DNA of 64,000 bases from Bacillota bacterium (GTDB taxonomy: Bacteria > Bacillota_I > Bacilli_A > RFN20 > CAG-826). Under the pieces are notes generated by a model, which was not told where the DNA came from, did not search any database, and was given only the letters and a program-made list of their open reading frames with translations. The translations under genes and the position numbers were made by a program. The first letter of the stretch is position 1. Each line of letters starts with the position of its first letter. The stretch covers positions 8,504-72,503 of the forward strand of contig JAURFC010000002.1 of the NCBI GenBank assembly GCA_030834445.1, read 5' to 3'. Shown one piece after another: positions 55,154-64,000 of this stretch.

Positions 55154-56058
55154 AGACTTTGCGCAATAGCTTCTAGATTAAGCATCAGCATTTCCTCGTA
55201 CGTCACCGTTGAAAGATCAAGACTGCTCGGAACGGATTCAATCGCAAAAATTTCCACGGTTTCAATGCCTTCTAATGCAGCGATTAATGCCTCATTAATG
55301 GCTTGATTATCGGTTGAACTAACATACAAAATTAGGGTGTTAAGTTCTTCCATTTGCGTTACAAAATCAGCAAGCGATTGTGCGGTAGGTAATACATCAT
55401 CGGAAAAACCCGCATACGGACTTAAGACATGAATGCCATACGACTCTAAATAGCCAAAGACATTATGACCGGCAAAAACTATATCAAGTTCTTGATCGGG
55501 GCCTAATAAGTCCTCATACGCCGTGACAACTTCACTCAATCCTGTACGAAGGGTTTCCTCACGCGATCGTAGGATGACTTCTTCTTCGGGGAAGAGTTCA
55601 ATCAACGTATCACTTATGGTGGATAGCATCAACAAGGCATTCGCAGGATCAATCCAATAATGAGGATCTTCATCCCCATGATCATGATCATCTTCAAGGG
55701 ATGTTTCATATTCCTCATGCCCTTCGAGTAATGCGATATTGCTCGATAAATCAACAAGCTGTCCTCGCGCAGTATCTTCAACGTTATGAATCCAAGGTTC
55801 AAGAATTTCTGATGTATAAAAAACTGCTTTTGCGCGGTTTAACGAGACAACGTGAGAAGGCGTAGGTTCAAAATCGTGCGATGATTGCCCCGCCTCTAAT
55901 AGAAAGGTCACATCGGCAATGCCGTCAAGTAAGTGGCGTGCGATCGAATATTGAGGAAATAACGTGGTTACCACATTATTTTCAAGGGTTGTATTGGTTT
56001 GACAACTTGCAAGCATCATGGCAAATGACGCCATAGTGATTAAAACGTGTTTCTTCAT
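55150..56058 (-). CDS. znuA: Metal-binding lipoprotein (ZnuA/AdcA cluster A-I SBP)
   Basis: Lipobox MLASC, His/Asp-rich loop LEDDHDHGDEDPHYW typical of zinc-specific SBPs. Confidence 0.85.
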   Translation of the reverse strand: MKKHVLITMASFAMMLASCQTNTTLENNVVTTLFPQYSIARHLLDGIADVTFLLEAGQSSHDFEPTPSHVVSLNRAKAVFYTSEILEPWIHNVEDTARGQLVDLSSNIALLEGHEEYETSLEDDHDHGDEDPHYWIDPANALLMLSTISDTLIELFPEEEVILRSREETLRTGLSEVVTAYEDLLGPDQELDIVFAGHNVFGYLESYGIHVLSPYAGFSDDVLPTAQSLADFVTQMEELNTLILYVSSTDNQAINEALIAALEGIETVEIFAIESVPSSLDLSTVTYEEMLMLNLEAIAQSL

Positions 56059-56106
56059 CGTAAAACCTCTATAGATTACCTTAACATAGATTTATGCAAA
56101 TGCAAA

Positions 56107-56781
56107 CTATTTGCTTTTACTTATTTTATAAAGTGGTTTTAATGGTGTGCTTACAATACGATCGATTGTATAAAAAATCCAAGAAATCAAGATCACAAAT
56201 CCGAGCATTCCCACGAGATAAATCGAGAAAAGACCCCATCCTATCGCTTCAACATTGAGAAAGTAATACGGAAATCGATTGGTTGTTTCACCCACAATAA
56301 ACCGTCCACCCATTGCATCATAAATTTGAAGATAACCGAGATAGAGGAATGGAATTAACACGTTGATCGAAATCATCCAAGACCGTGCATACCCTTTCCG
56401 CGTAAAGAAAAAATAATCCATAAGTAAAAGAATAGGAACAATGAAATGAATAATGGTATCGCGAAAGGAAAAAACCTCATAACCAATATTTTGCTGAATT
56501 AAATATGGCACAAGTAAAATTGCATAAACAAACATGGTCACCATAAACATCACGATCACGCATTGGTACCAAAAATATAGAATGCCTTTGATGGGAAGGT
56601 TGAGGATTTCAAAGATCATCGCATAGATGATGACAATGACAGAAACCCAATTTACAATCGTTGTAAAATACGAGGAAATTTCTGCCACACTATGATAATC
56701 TTGATACGTTAAAACAAGCCCAAAAATGGCAATACTAAGCAAACCAAGTTTAAAGAAAATGGATAATAAGCGCTTGATCAC
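56107..56781 (-). CDS. Hypothetical 6-TM membrane protein
   Basis: 224 aa, six hydrophobic helices. Family not confidently recognised. Confidence 0.5.
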   Translation of the reverse strand: MIKRLLSIFFKLGLLSIAIFGLVLTYQDYHSVAEISSYFTTIVNWVSVIVIIYAMIFEILNLPIKGILYFWYQCVIVMFMVTMFVYAILLVPYLIQQNIGYEVFSFRDTIIHFIVPILLLMDYFFFTRKGYARSWMISINVLIPFLYLGYLQIYDAMGGRFIVGETTNRFPYYFLNVEAIGWGLFSIYLVGMLGFVILISWIFYTIDRIVSTPLKPLYKISKSK

Positions 56782-56799
56782 GCTCCTATTGTAGCACTC

Positions 56800-59166
56800 T
56801 TATTCTGTTCTTAAGGCGATAACTGGATCTTTTTTCGCGGCAATTCCTGATGGAATTAAACCCGCAAGGAGTGTTAGGAAGGTTGATAAGACGATGAGTC
56901 CAATCGCGTAAAGTGGGGAAAGGGAAGTAAAGTCATCCACTTCGATAAAGTTTTTGATAATAATATCAATCGGAATATTGAGTAATAACGTAATCGTAAT
57001 GCCTAAAATTCCCGAGGTGAACCCAATAATAATCGTTTCTGCATTAAAGATACGCGAAATATCTTTCTTGCGTGCACCTAGCGATCGCATAATCCCAATT
57101 TCTTTGGTACGTTCAATCACAGAAACGTAGGTGATGATGCCAATCATGATGGAAGAAACAAATAAGGAAATCGAGGCAAAGGCTGCGAGAACAATCGCAA
57201 TCGTATTAATTAAATCGGTAATGGTTGACGTGATGGTTGCCGCTAAATCAGAATAAATAATGACATCTTCAATTGGAATGCGATTACCTGCTTCATCATA
57301 GTTGTACGCATCAATATAGGCCTTAATGAGTTCTTTATTTTCAAAAGAACTTGGGTAAATTTGGACACCGACCGGTAAGGTAGACCCTCCCAAGGTTCGC
57401 ATTCGACTTGTATATTCTGCTTCACTTGTAAACTCATTCCCCGAGACAAAAACATCGTATCCTGGTTCTTCTTCCGAGATCCACTTGGCAGCTTCTTGGG
57501 CTTGAACAATGTCCGAATTTACCGCACCCACTTGTTCATCCGCATAGGCGTAATCAGTTAACAACGTCGTATAAGCAAGTCCTGGTGTCAGTAATTCTGC
57601 ACTGGCAGAAGCTTTCACGCGAACCACACCGGTAATCTTTAAAGGTAAGGAATCAGGATTGTCATACATCCCTTGGGCATTCAGAGATCCGGAGAAAATT
57701 GTTTTACCATTCAAGTCAGTTTTCACAAAATAGGCATTATTAGGAATCCATTTAAGATCAAAAACCGAATCATTGGTCCCATCGGATAAAATATCCGAGA
57801 AATCTAAACCTTCGGTGTTGTTTATTCCATAGGTTGAGAAAAATCCCTCATCAATACGGTTGCGTTGATCCACAATGAGTAAAAGTTCATCCTTCTCATC
57901 CGGAAGACTCCCTTGTAATAAGTCATATTGGTCAAGAATAAAGGTGGGGTTATCTGGGAGTTCATAAAAGTTATTAGAAAAGGAGAAAAAACTACCCCCT
58001 GAATTCGAAATAAATTTCGCATTGCCTCCGCTCGTAATGGAAACTAGACGCATCGCCATCGCTTTAGAATACGTAAGCGCGTTGTAATACGATGCATCCA
58101 TCGCATTTAAATAGTCGACAAACGCTTGAGAAATATTGTTGGTATGCACATCTGGAGAAGAATCATACCCGGTGACGATCGTAGAATCCGGAAAATCTAA
58201 GTCGGATGGTTCGGCAATATCGGGAGGTCCAAATTCACGAATAGTTTGGTTAATCGTAATGGGAAACCCTGCTAAGGTATCACTTTGTAGACCTGCCACA
58301 TAGGTATTCATTCCACCTGATATCGATAAAACAAGGGCAATCCCAATAATCCCAATACTTCCTGCTAGCGAAGTGATTAAGGTGCGGCCTTTTTTGGTTA
58401 AAAGATTTTTATAGGATGTTTTTAAAGCGGTGGCAAAACTCATCGTGGTGCGTTTCGTCATGAGTTTTCCTGAGGACTCGGCATCCATTACTTCAGGACG
58501 AGAGTCATCAATGACACGTCCGTCTAATAGTTTTACAATACGGTCTGAATGCAATTCTGCAAGTTCTGCATTATGGGTAACCATAATGACCAAACGACCT
58601 TTAGAAATCTTTTTAATAAGATCAATAATTTGACCACTCGTTTTCGTATCAAGTGCACCAGTCGGTTCATCCGCAAGCAAGATTTTCGGGTTATTAACTA
58701 AAGCACGAGCAATCGCAACCCGTTGCATTTGTCCCCCGGAAAGTTGATTTGGGCGTTTGTAGACATGGTCTTCTAACCCCACTTCTTTCAAAACATCCAA
58801 CGCACGTTTGCGACGTTCTTTGGCATTGACACCCGATAAACGCAGCGCCATCTCAACATTATCTACCACGGATAAATGGGAAATAAGATTATAGGTTTGA
58901 AACACAAAACCGATCGTCGCATTTCGATAACTATCCCATTCCGATTCGGTAAAGTTTTTCGTTGATTTTCCATCCACGATTAAATCTCCGGAAGTGTAAC
59001 GGTCTAATCCTCCAATAATGTTCATCATCGTGGTTTTTCCACAGCCAGAGGGTCCTAAAACAGAAACGAATTCGTTATTGCGAAACGAAAGATCCACACC
59101 GCGTAATGCAGGAAAAGGTTGCCCAGCAACCACATAATTTTTAACAATCGACTTAAGTACGAGCAT
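56800..59166 (-). CDS. Fused MacB-type ABC transporter (ATPase + FtsX permease in one chain)
   Basis: N-terminal [24 protein letters not shown] and [11 protein letters not shown]. Then a TM, an ectodomain of about 350 aa and a C-terminal FtsX 3-TM bundle. SD aggagg. Confidence 0.88.
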   Translation of the reverse strand: MLVLKSIVKNYVVAGQPFPALRGVDLSFRNNEFVSVLGPSGCGKTTMMNIIGGLDRYTSGDLIVDGKSTKNFTESEWDSYRNATIGFVFQTYNLISHLSVVDNVEMALRLSGVNAKERRKRALDVLKEVGLEDHVYKRPNQLSGGQMQRVAIARALVNNPKILLADEPTGALDTKTSGQIIDLIKKISKGRLVIMVTHNAELAELHSDRIVKLLDGRVIDDSRPEVMDAESSGKLMTKRTTMSFATALKTSYKNLLTKKGRTLITSLAGSIGIIGIALVLSISGGMNTYVAGLQSDTLAGFPITINQTIREFGPPDIAEPSDLDFPDSTIVTGYDSSPDVHTNNISQAFVDYLNAMDASYYNALTYSKAMAMRLVSITSGGNAKFISNSGGSFFSFSNNFYELPDNPTFILDQYDLLQGSLPDEKDELLLIVDQRNRIDEGFFSTYGINNTEGLDFSDILSDGTNDSVFDLKWIPNNAYFVKTDLNGKTIFSGSLNAQGMYDNPDSLPLKITGVVRVKASASAELLTPGLAYTTLLTDYAYADEQVGAVNSDIVQAQEAAKWISEEEPGYDVFVSGNEFTSEAEYTSRMRTLGGSTLPVGVQIYPSSFENKELIKAYIDAYNYDEAGNRIPIEDVIIYSDLAATITSTITDLINTIAIVLAAFASISLFVSSIMIGIITYVSVIERTKEIGIMRSLGARKKDISRIFNAETIIIGFTSGILGITITLLLNIPIDIIIKNFIEVDDFTSLSPLYAIGLIVLSTFLTLLAGLIPSGIAAKKDPVIALRTE

Positions 59167-59258
59167 ACTTTACCTCCTAAGGTTCACGTTTAATTATAGG
59201 TTTATAACGTATCAAATACTAAAAATAAGCACGTAACTTTACGATTTTTAACGGTAGG

Positions 59259-60554
59259 TTACACGCCAAATAAAATCCAAATCAGGACGTAACCGGATAA
59301 CACGGCTGTAATCGTGATAGGAATCCCGATGCGTAAGAAATCTTTGACTTTCACTTCATAGCCTAATTTTCTCAAGATTCCAATCCCTGCAATATTGGCA
59401 GAAGCCCCGATGGGAGTAATGTTCCCTCCTAGAGTTGCTCCTGCTAAAAGACCAAAATAAAGCACAAACGGTTCAATCTGAAATTGATTGGATAAGGTTA
59501 ACATAACTGGCAATAATGTGGCCACATACGGGATGTTATCCACAACCGCGGAGACTATGACCGAAATAAAAACAACAAGAGTATAAAGCACGAAGAGATT
59601 ATTGCCTGATAACGATTCAAAAAACGATCCCATCGCGGTAATTACCCCTTGATTTTCTAATCCCAAAATCATGACAAATAATCCGAGTAGTAATAAGAGG
59701 GTCTCCCCATCGACTGCAGAAAAATCCTTGGCAAAGATATGAAACGATCTCTTTTTTGCCATTCGATAAAACACGGATACAAGACCAACACCCATCGTAA
59801 TAAAGCCGTTTGTGAAGGCAGGTAAGCCATCAATAAAGGAAGCAATCACTAATAAAACAATGATGAGAATCAAAAAGAAACTTGGCGCATAATCCGTCAC
59901 CGGTGTTTGATGATGAAAGGAGAGTTCCTCATTCTTTTTCCCGAGTAAAAACCACAACGTGAATAAAGCAATTAGGGTACCCACTTGAACGATGAAGAAA
60001 GGACCGGGTCGACCTTCTATCCAAAAGAAATCAAAGAATGACATATCCGCAATGCCAGCGAGCATGACCGATGTCGTATCGCCCACTAGCGTGGCAAACC
60101 CTTGAATATTGGCAAACACCGAAACGGCAATAATGAGTGGAACTGGATTTCGTTTCAATTTCTTGGCAACATCCAAAGCAATAGGAGCAACGATGAGAAC
60201 GGTCGCGACATTATCCACAAACGCGGATATCACCCCCGAAAAAAGGGCAAGGGCGAGAATCGCACTTTTAGAATGATGAACACGGTCCATCAGTAGGTCG
60301 GCCAAACGACCTGTCATACCCGAATCAATAAACGGTTGGACGACGAGCATGGTACCCGCGATGATGAGAAAAACGTTCCAATTAATACGCTGACTGACAA
60401 TATCGGGAAGAAGTACATAACCAAGAATTAAGAAAAGGATGGCCATCGAGAGGGCGATGTAGGCACGAAAACGTGGTAAAAGTAACAATCCGATATAGGC
60501 GATAAAAAATAAAGATAATGTCCATTCCATACGCAAGAATTTTACCATACTCAC
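59259..60554 (-). CDS. ArsB/NhaD (ion transporter superfamily) permease
   Basis: 431 aa, about 11 TM. GGNITPIGASANI hairpin motif typical of the family. Confidence 0.7.
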   Translation of the reverse strand: MSMVKFLRMEWTLSLFFIAYIGLLLLPRFRAYIALSMAILFLILGYVLLPDIVSQRINWNVFLIIAGTMLVVQPFIDSGMTGRLADLLMDRVHHSKSAILALALFSGVISAFVDNVATVLIVAPIALDVAKKLKRNPVPLIIAVSVFANIQGFATLVGDTTSVMLAGIADMSFFDFFWIEGRPGPFFIVQVGTLIALFTLWFLLGKKNEELSFHHQTPVTDYAPSFFLILIIVLLVIASFIDGLPAFTNGFITMGVGLVSVFYRMAKKRSFHIFAKDFSAVDGETLLLLLGLFVMILGLENQGVITAMGSFFESLSGNNLFVLYTLVVFISVIVSAVVDNIPYVATLLPVMLTLSNQFQIEPFVLYFGLLAGATLGGNITPIGASANIAGIGILRKLGYEVKVKDFLRIGIPITITAVLSGYVLIWILFGV

Positions 60555-60587
60555 GCGGTTAAAAGAAAATTATAGTACACTAATCCT

Positions 60588-61457
60588 ATGAAATACCGTA
60601 TTGGTTGGATTGGAACTGGTTTAATGGGTGCCCCGATGGCACGCCATCTTGCGTCAATCCATGACGTTATTGTCTATAATCGAACCATCGAAAAAGCCCA
60701 TGCCCTTTTACCGAGCGTCACCGTCGCACGTGATCCTAAAGAAATTGTGGAGCAATGCGACATTATTTTTACCATGCTCGGTATGCCAGAAGACGTTAAA
60801 AATATATATGAAGAAATGCTCATACCGAACGCCAATCCGGGTACGATTCTTATTGACGCAACGACTTCTTCACCCCGATTAGCTCGACAACTTGCCCTCC
60901 TCGGAAAAGTAAAAAACATTGCCGTACTCGATGCTCCAGTCACAGGAAGCGTTTCTGGGGCAACGAATGGGACGTTAACGACGATGGTGGGCGGTGATCT
61001 TCACGCATTTGAAAAGGTTCGGCCGCTTTTAGAAAAATTTACTAAAACACTTTTATACATGGGCGAAGCTGGTCAAGGTCAGCAAACAAAACTCGCTAAT
61101 CAAATTGCAATTGCGGGCGCGCTTGCAAGTCTTGCCGAAGCTCTTGCTTTTGCCGAAGCCTCAGATCTTCCGATGGAACTTGTCTTAACGATGATTCAAT
61201 CCGGGGCAGCGAGCTCTTATGCAAGTTTAATGTATGGACCCAAAATGTTGAAATCTGACTTTGAAGCAACCTTCTTTGTTCGTCATTATCTTAAAGATCT
61301 GCGTCTCGCCTTAGAAGAAACACCCATTGAATTATCGATTTTATCGTCCGTCTATCGCGTCATGGACGAAATTGCTAAACAATTTCCATATGCAGGTGTT
61401 CAAGCGATTATCACGTATTATCGCGACCTTATTTCCCGTAAAGTTGATACAAAATAA
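60588..61457 (+). CDS. NAD(P)-dependent 3-hydroxyisobutyrate dehydrogenase family oxidoreductase
   Basis: IGWIGTGLMGAPMARHL Rossmann motif, DAPVTGS, and a conserved K in QQTKLANQI. Confidence 0.85.
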   Translation: MKYRIGWIGTGLMGAPMARHLASIHDVIVYNRTIEKAHALLPSVTVARDPKEIVEQCDIIFTMLGMPEDVKNIYEEMLIPNANPGTILIDATTSSPRLARQLALLGKVKNIAVLDAPVTGSVSGATNGTLTTMVGGDLHAFEKVRPLLEKFTKTLLYMGEAGQGQQTKLANQIAIAGALASLAEALAFAEASDLPMELVLTMIQSGAASSYASLMYGPKMLKSDFEATFFVRHYLKDLRLALEETPIELSILSSVYRVMDEIAKQFPYAGVQAIITYYRDLISRKVDTK

Positions 61458-62235
61458 ACTGCACGAATTTTTTGGGTAAGATGCGATTTAAGAATTGTAA
61501 AAATTGATAAGAAAAACCAATCGTTATTGAAACGGGAGGATTTATTTTCATGATAATTTTCTTAACGGCACGAAAAACGCTATGCGTAGGCATGCCACTT
61601 TTTTCATCCGCTTCCATACGTTGAATAGAACGCTGAATGCGTTCATAGTATGGCGATTCTTTTTGATAGACAGTGACGCGGTTTGCACTAAATTGGGATT
61701 GCGTATCCCCGGGTTTAATCGTGACTACGCGAACTCCGAATGGTTTTAACTCATTGCGTAATCCTTCACTGTATCGCTCCAGCGCGGCTTTGGATGCGGA
61801 ATAAAACGTTTGAAAAGGAATGGCTAGATCGCCTGCGACCGACCCCACATGAATAATATAACCACGCGCATCTTTGATCATCGGCAAAAGCAGACGATTT
61901 AAACGATCAATTGCAAGCACATTCAAGGCCAAGGTTTTTTCAAAAGCATCGTCCGGTAATTCTTCAACCGAACCACCATAACCTAATCCAGCATTTTGAA
62001 TGACCACATCAAGTTGGAGACTGACTTTTTTAAAAGCATCTGGGAGTTTAGATATCGCTTCTTTATCGGTTAAATCGCACGAAAAAAACGTAAACGTGAA
62101 CGGTTCTATTGGTTGACTTCGCGCGACGCCAATCACACGGTGACCCCACTTTTGTAAACGTTGGGCAAGATCAAAACCGATGCCTTTTGAAGCACCGGTC
62201 ACGAGAATCGTTAATGGTTTTTTAACGGACTTCAT
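61429..62235 (-). CDS. Classical short-chain dehydrogenase/reductase (candidate 3-keto-sphingoid/capnoid reductase)
   Basis: TGASKGIG, NAG and YSASK motifs. ATG 62235 is chosen by distance to the Rossmann motif and overlaps the upstream AOS gene by 14 bp. The 3' end overlaps the convergent HIBADH gene by 29 bp. Confidence 0.8.
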   Translation of the reverse strand: MKSVKKPLTILVTGASKGIGFDLAQRLQKWGHRVIGVARSQPIEPFTFTFFSCDLTDKEAISKLPDAFKKVSLQLDVVIQNAGLGYGGSVEELPDDAFEKTLALNVLAIDRLNRLLLPMIKDARGYIIHVGSVAGDLAIPFQTFYSASKAALERYSEGLRNELKPFGVRVVTIKPGDTQSQFSANRVTVYQKESPYYERIQRSIQRMEADEKSGMPTHSVFRAVKKIIMKINPPVSITIGFSYQFLQFLNRILPKKFVQFILYQLYGK

Positions 62236-63445
62236 GGAGAAGGGCCATGACCTTTTCATCTTCCATCGGAATTTCTGCAAGCGTTTGGGCAATAATGGCA
62301 ACGGCTTCATCAATGAGTTCTTTAGTATGCGTCGCAGTGTAACTCGTGCGAATTAAGCATTGACCTTCCGGAGCGGCGGGTGGAATAACAGGATTCACAT
62401 AAACACCTCGTTTATAAAGTAATTTTGCAATCACAAAGGTGCGTAGCATCGTGTAGGTGTAGATGGGAATAATCGGGGCAACGGAGTCATTTGCTAAAGG
62501 CAGATTTTTTTCGAGCATTTTTTGACGCGTGTAAGCCGAAATGTCTCGTAAAGCTTGAGGACGCTCAGGTTCAGCTTCAAGAATCTTAAGGGATGCGAGC
62601 GCACTGGCCGCTGAGGCAGGGGTGAGAGCGGCTGAAAAGATAAACGGACGCGATTTATGTTTCACAAAATTGACAACTTCCTTCTTCGCCACCATAAAAC
62701 CACCAATCGAAGCAAGTGATTTAGAGAAGGTGGACATAATGAGGTCTACCTCGTCATGTAGACCAAAATGTTCTGCGGTTCCTCGGCCTTTGGCCCCAAG
62801 AACGCCAAATCCATGAGCATCATCGACCATCACGCGAGCGTTATATTTTTTGGCTAATCGAACGATTTCAGGTAGATTGGCAATATCCCCTGACATTGAA
62901 AATACGCCATCGGTGACGATGAGTTTTCCGGCCTGAGGATCGGCTTCTTCCAGCAATTTTTCTAAATGGGCCATGTCGTTATGGTGAAAACGAACACTCG
63001 ATGCAAAACTTAAGCGAATGCCATCATAAATACACGCATGGTTTTCCCGATCAGAAAAAATAATATCGCCTCGACCTGCAATGGCAGAAATGATCGCCAA
63101 GGTTGATTGAAATCCACTCGGAAAGGTTAACGCCGCTTCTTTTTCCATGAAACGAGCCAATTCTTCTTCCAGTTCCAAGTGTAAATCTAATGTTCCATTT
63201 AAAAAGCGAGATCCCGAGACACCCGATCCATATTTTTTAACGGCATCCACGGTAGCGGCAATCACGCGATAATCCCCGGTTAATCCTAAATAATTATTCG
63301 ATCCAATCATCACTCGGCGTTTGCCTTCCATCGTGACAACAATATCTTGTTTACTTTCTAGGGCATGAAAATAAGGATAAATACCCAAATCAATGGCGTT
63401 ATCTACATCTTTAAAGTCATATGCTTTTTTAAATAAGTCCGCCAT
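62222..63445 (-). CDS. Alpha-oxoamine synthase, serine palmitoyltransferase-like
   Basis: ATG 63445 has SD aggaga 8 nt upstream; the track's TTG start is rejected. YPYFHALES, GSNNYLGLT, GSRFLNGTLDLHLELEEELA and STFSKSLASIGGF (PLP Lys codon 62720-62722) match recalled bacterial SPT sequences better than KBL or BioF. Confidence 0.8.
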   Translation of the reverse strand: MADLFKKAYDFKDVDNAIDLGIYPYFHALESKQDIVVTMEGKRRVMIGSNNYLGLTGDYRVIAATVDAVKKYGSGVSGSRFLNGTLDLHLELEEELARFMEKEAALTFPSGFQSTLAIISAIAGRGDIIFSDRENHACIYDGIRLSFASSVRFHHNDMAHLEKLLEEADPQAGKLIVTDGVFSMSGDIANLPEIVRLAKKYNARVMVDDAHGFGVLGAKGRGTAEHFGLHDEVDLIMSTFSKSLASIGGFMVAKKEVVNFVKHKSRPFIFSAALTPASAASALASLKILEAEPERPQALRDISAYTRQKMLEKNLPLANDSVAPIIPIYTYTMLRTFVIAKLLYKRGVYVNPVIPPAAPEGQCLIRTSYTATHTKELIDEAVAIIAQTLAEIPMEDEKVMALLHEVR

Positions 63446-63544
63446 CGTGAGGTTCTCCTGGTTAGACAAGGTGGTCTTTAATGGTTAAATCATAGCATTT
63501 TTTCGTTATTTTAGGTATATTTTTGAGTAGAAGGAAACACGGTT

Positions 63545-63979
63545 ATGAAAAAGAAAATAGACGTTTCTCATTTAACACCTTTTCAGAAAAAAGTCACACT
63601 TGAAAATGCCACAGAACCTCCCTTTGATAATGAATATTGGGATCATTTTGAAAAAGGTTTATACGTCGATATTATTACCGGAAAACCCCTCTTCACTTCG
63701 GAAGATAAATTTGATTCTCATTGTGGCTGGCCGAGTTTTTCAAAACCCATTGAAGCCGATGTCATCCTCGAGCATCGTGATTATTCCTACGGCATGATTC
63801 GTACGGAAGTTCGTTCCGAGGACTCGGATGCCCATTTAGGCCATGTCTTTGATGATGGTCCTCGCGATCGCGGTGGTTTGCGTTACTGCATTAACTCCGC
63901 ATCAATTCGTTTTGTTCCGTTTGAAGAACTTGAAGCCCAAGGCTATGATGAATACTTACACCTCTTCAAGGAAGAATAA
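63545..63979 (+). CDS. msrB: Peptide-methionine (R)-S-oxide reductase
   Basis: HCGWPSF and GGLRYCINS catalytic motifs. 144 aa. Confidence 0.94.
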   Translation: MKKKIDVSHLTPFQKKVTLENATEPPFDNEYWDHFEKGLYVDIITGKPLFTSEDKFDSHCGWPSFSKPIEADVILEHRDYSYGMIRTEVRSEDSDAHLGHVFDDGPRDRGGLRYCINSASIRFVPFEELEAQGYDEYLHLFKEE

Positions 63980-63981
63980 CC

Positions 63982-64000
63982 ATGAATAACATTGATTTAA
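63982..64000 (+). CDS. Start of an unidentified CDS truncated by the window end
   Basis: ATG 63982 lies 2 nt after the msrB stop (MNNIDL...). Too short to identify. Confidence 0.25.

Noticed and set aside
56059-56106. TGCAAATGCAAA tandem and GCAAA-cta-TTTGC hairpin near the stop of the 6-TM gene as a terminator.
   Set aside because: The 5-bp stem has no T-tract, and it overlaps the stop codon. It is too weak to call.
59236-59256. CGTAA-ct-TTACG inverted repeat upstream of the MacB-type ABC gene as a Zur box.
   Set aside because: Only 5+5 bp with a 2-nt spacer, versus the 7-1-7 TCGTAAT-N-ATTACGA consensus. The flanks are not complementary. There is no metal-related gene downstream.
1-64000. 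CRISPR arrays, tRNA/rRNA genes, IS elements, integrases and prophage remnants.
   Set aside because: No spaced direct-repeat arrays were seen. Only three intergenic gaps exceed 100 bp (5596-5724, 7296-7418, 51811-52112), and none shows tRNA-like T-arm/acceptor features or rRNA. No transposase- or integrase-like translation appears in the track.

Overview
Compact, roughly 90% coding chromosomal segment from a low-GC monoderm bacterium. Gene order looks Bacillota/Mycoplasmatota-like; TGA is a stop codon and RF2 is present. I saw no rRNA, tRNA, CRISPR array, transposase or integrase. About two thirds is housekeeping: gcvT-H-PA-PB plus a permease, a Y-family polymerase with YolD, an ECF sigma/anti-sigma pair, glnA, folD, secG, uvrB, secA-prfB (with the classical +1 frameshift), comFA/FC, rpiB, prmC-prfA, dnaX-recR-tmk-holB-ricT-rsmI, class Ib nrdEF-nrdH-like-nrdI, sodA, a znuACB-zur type zinc operon and msrB. 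Four accessory loci deserve a second look. (1) A complete heliorhodopsin gene (44364-45188, minus) retains the Schiff-base Lys, counter-ion Glu and both signature His. Directly downstream is a five-gene operon joined by four ATGA overlaps: tocopherol-cyclase-like, alpha/beta hydrolase, LURP-one-like, DUF4153-like membrane protein and OYE ene-reductase. Upstream lie an esterase, a His-bearing 4-TM protein and a DUF1295/DUF2177 pair. I read this as a candidate undescribed light-sensor-linked membrane-lipid or antioxidant system. (2) A VTC (Vtc4-like polyphosphate polymerase tunnel) and DUF4956 operon also carries a List-Bact-repeat membrane protein, a pseudouridine synthase and a 1006-aa YfhO protein. 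It is divergent from a TetR/ABC-2 exporter module. (3) A serine-palmitoyltransferase-like alpha-oxoamine synthase overlaps an SDR reductase, suggesting sphingoid or capnoid base synthesis. (4) Several small sequence oddities: a 15-bp perfect inverted repeat covering two divergent start codons, a tandem 9-mer in the nrdE/sodA intergenic region, leaderless-type promoters, and pervasive convergent 3' gene overlaps. All family assignments come from reading the translations and recalled motifs; no searches were run.
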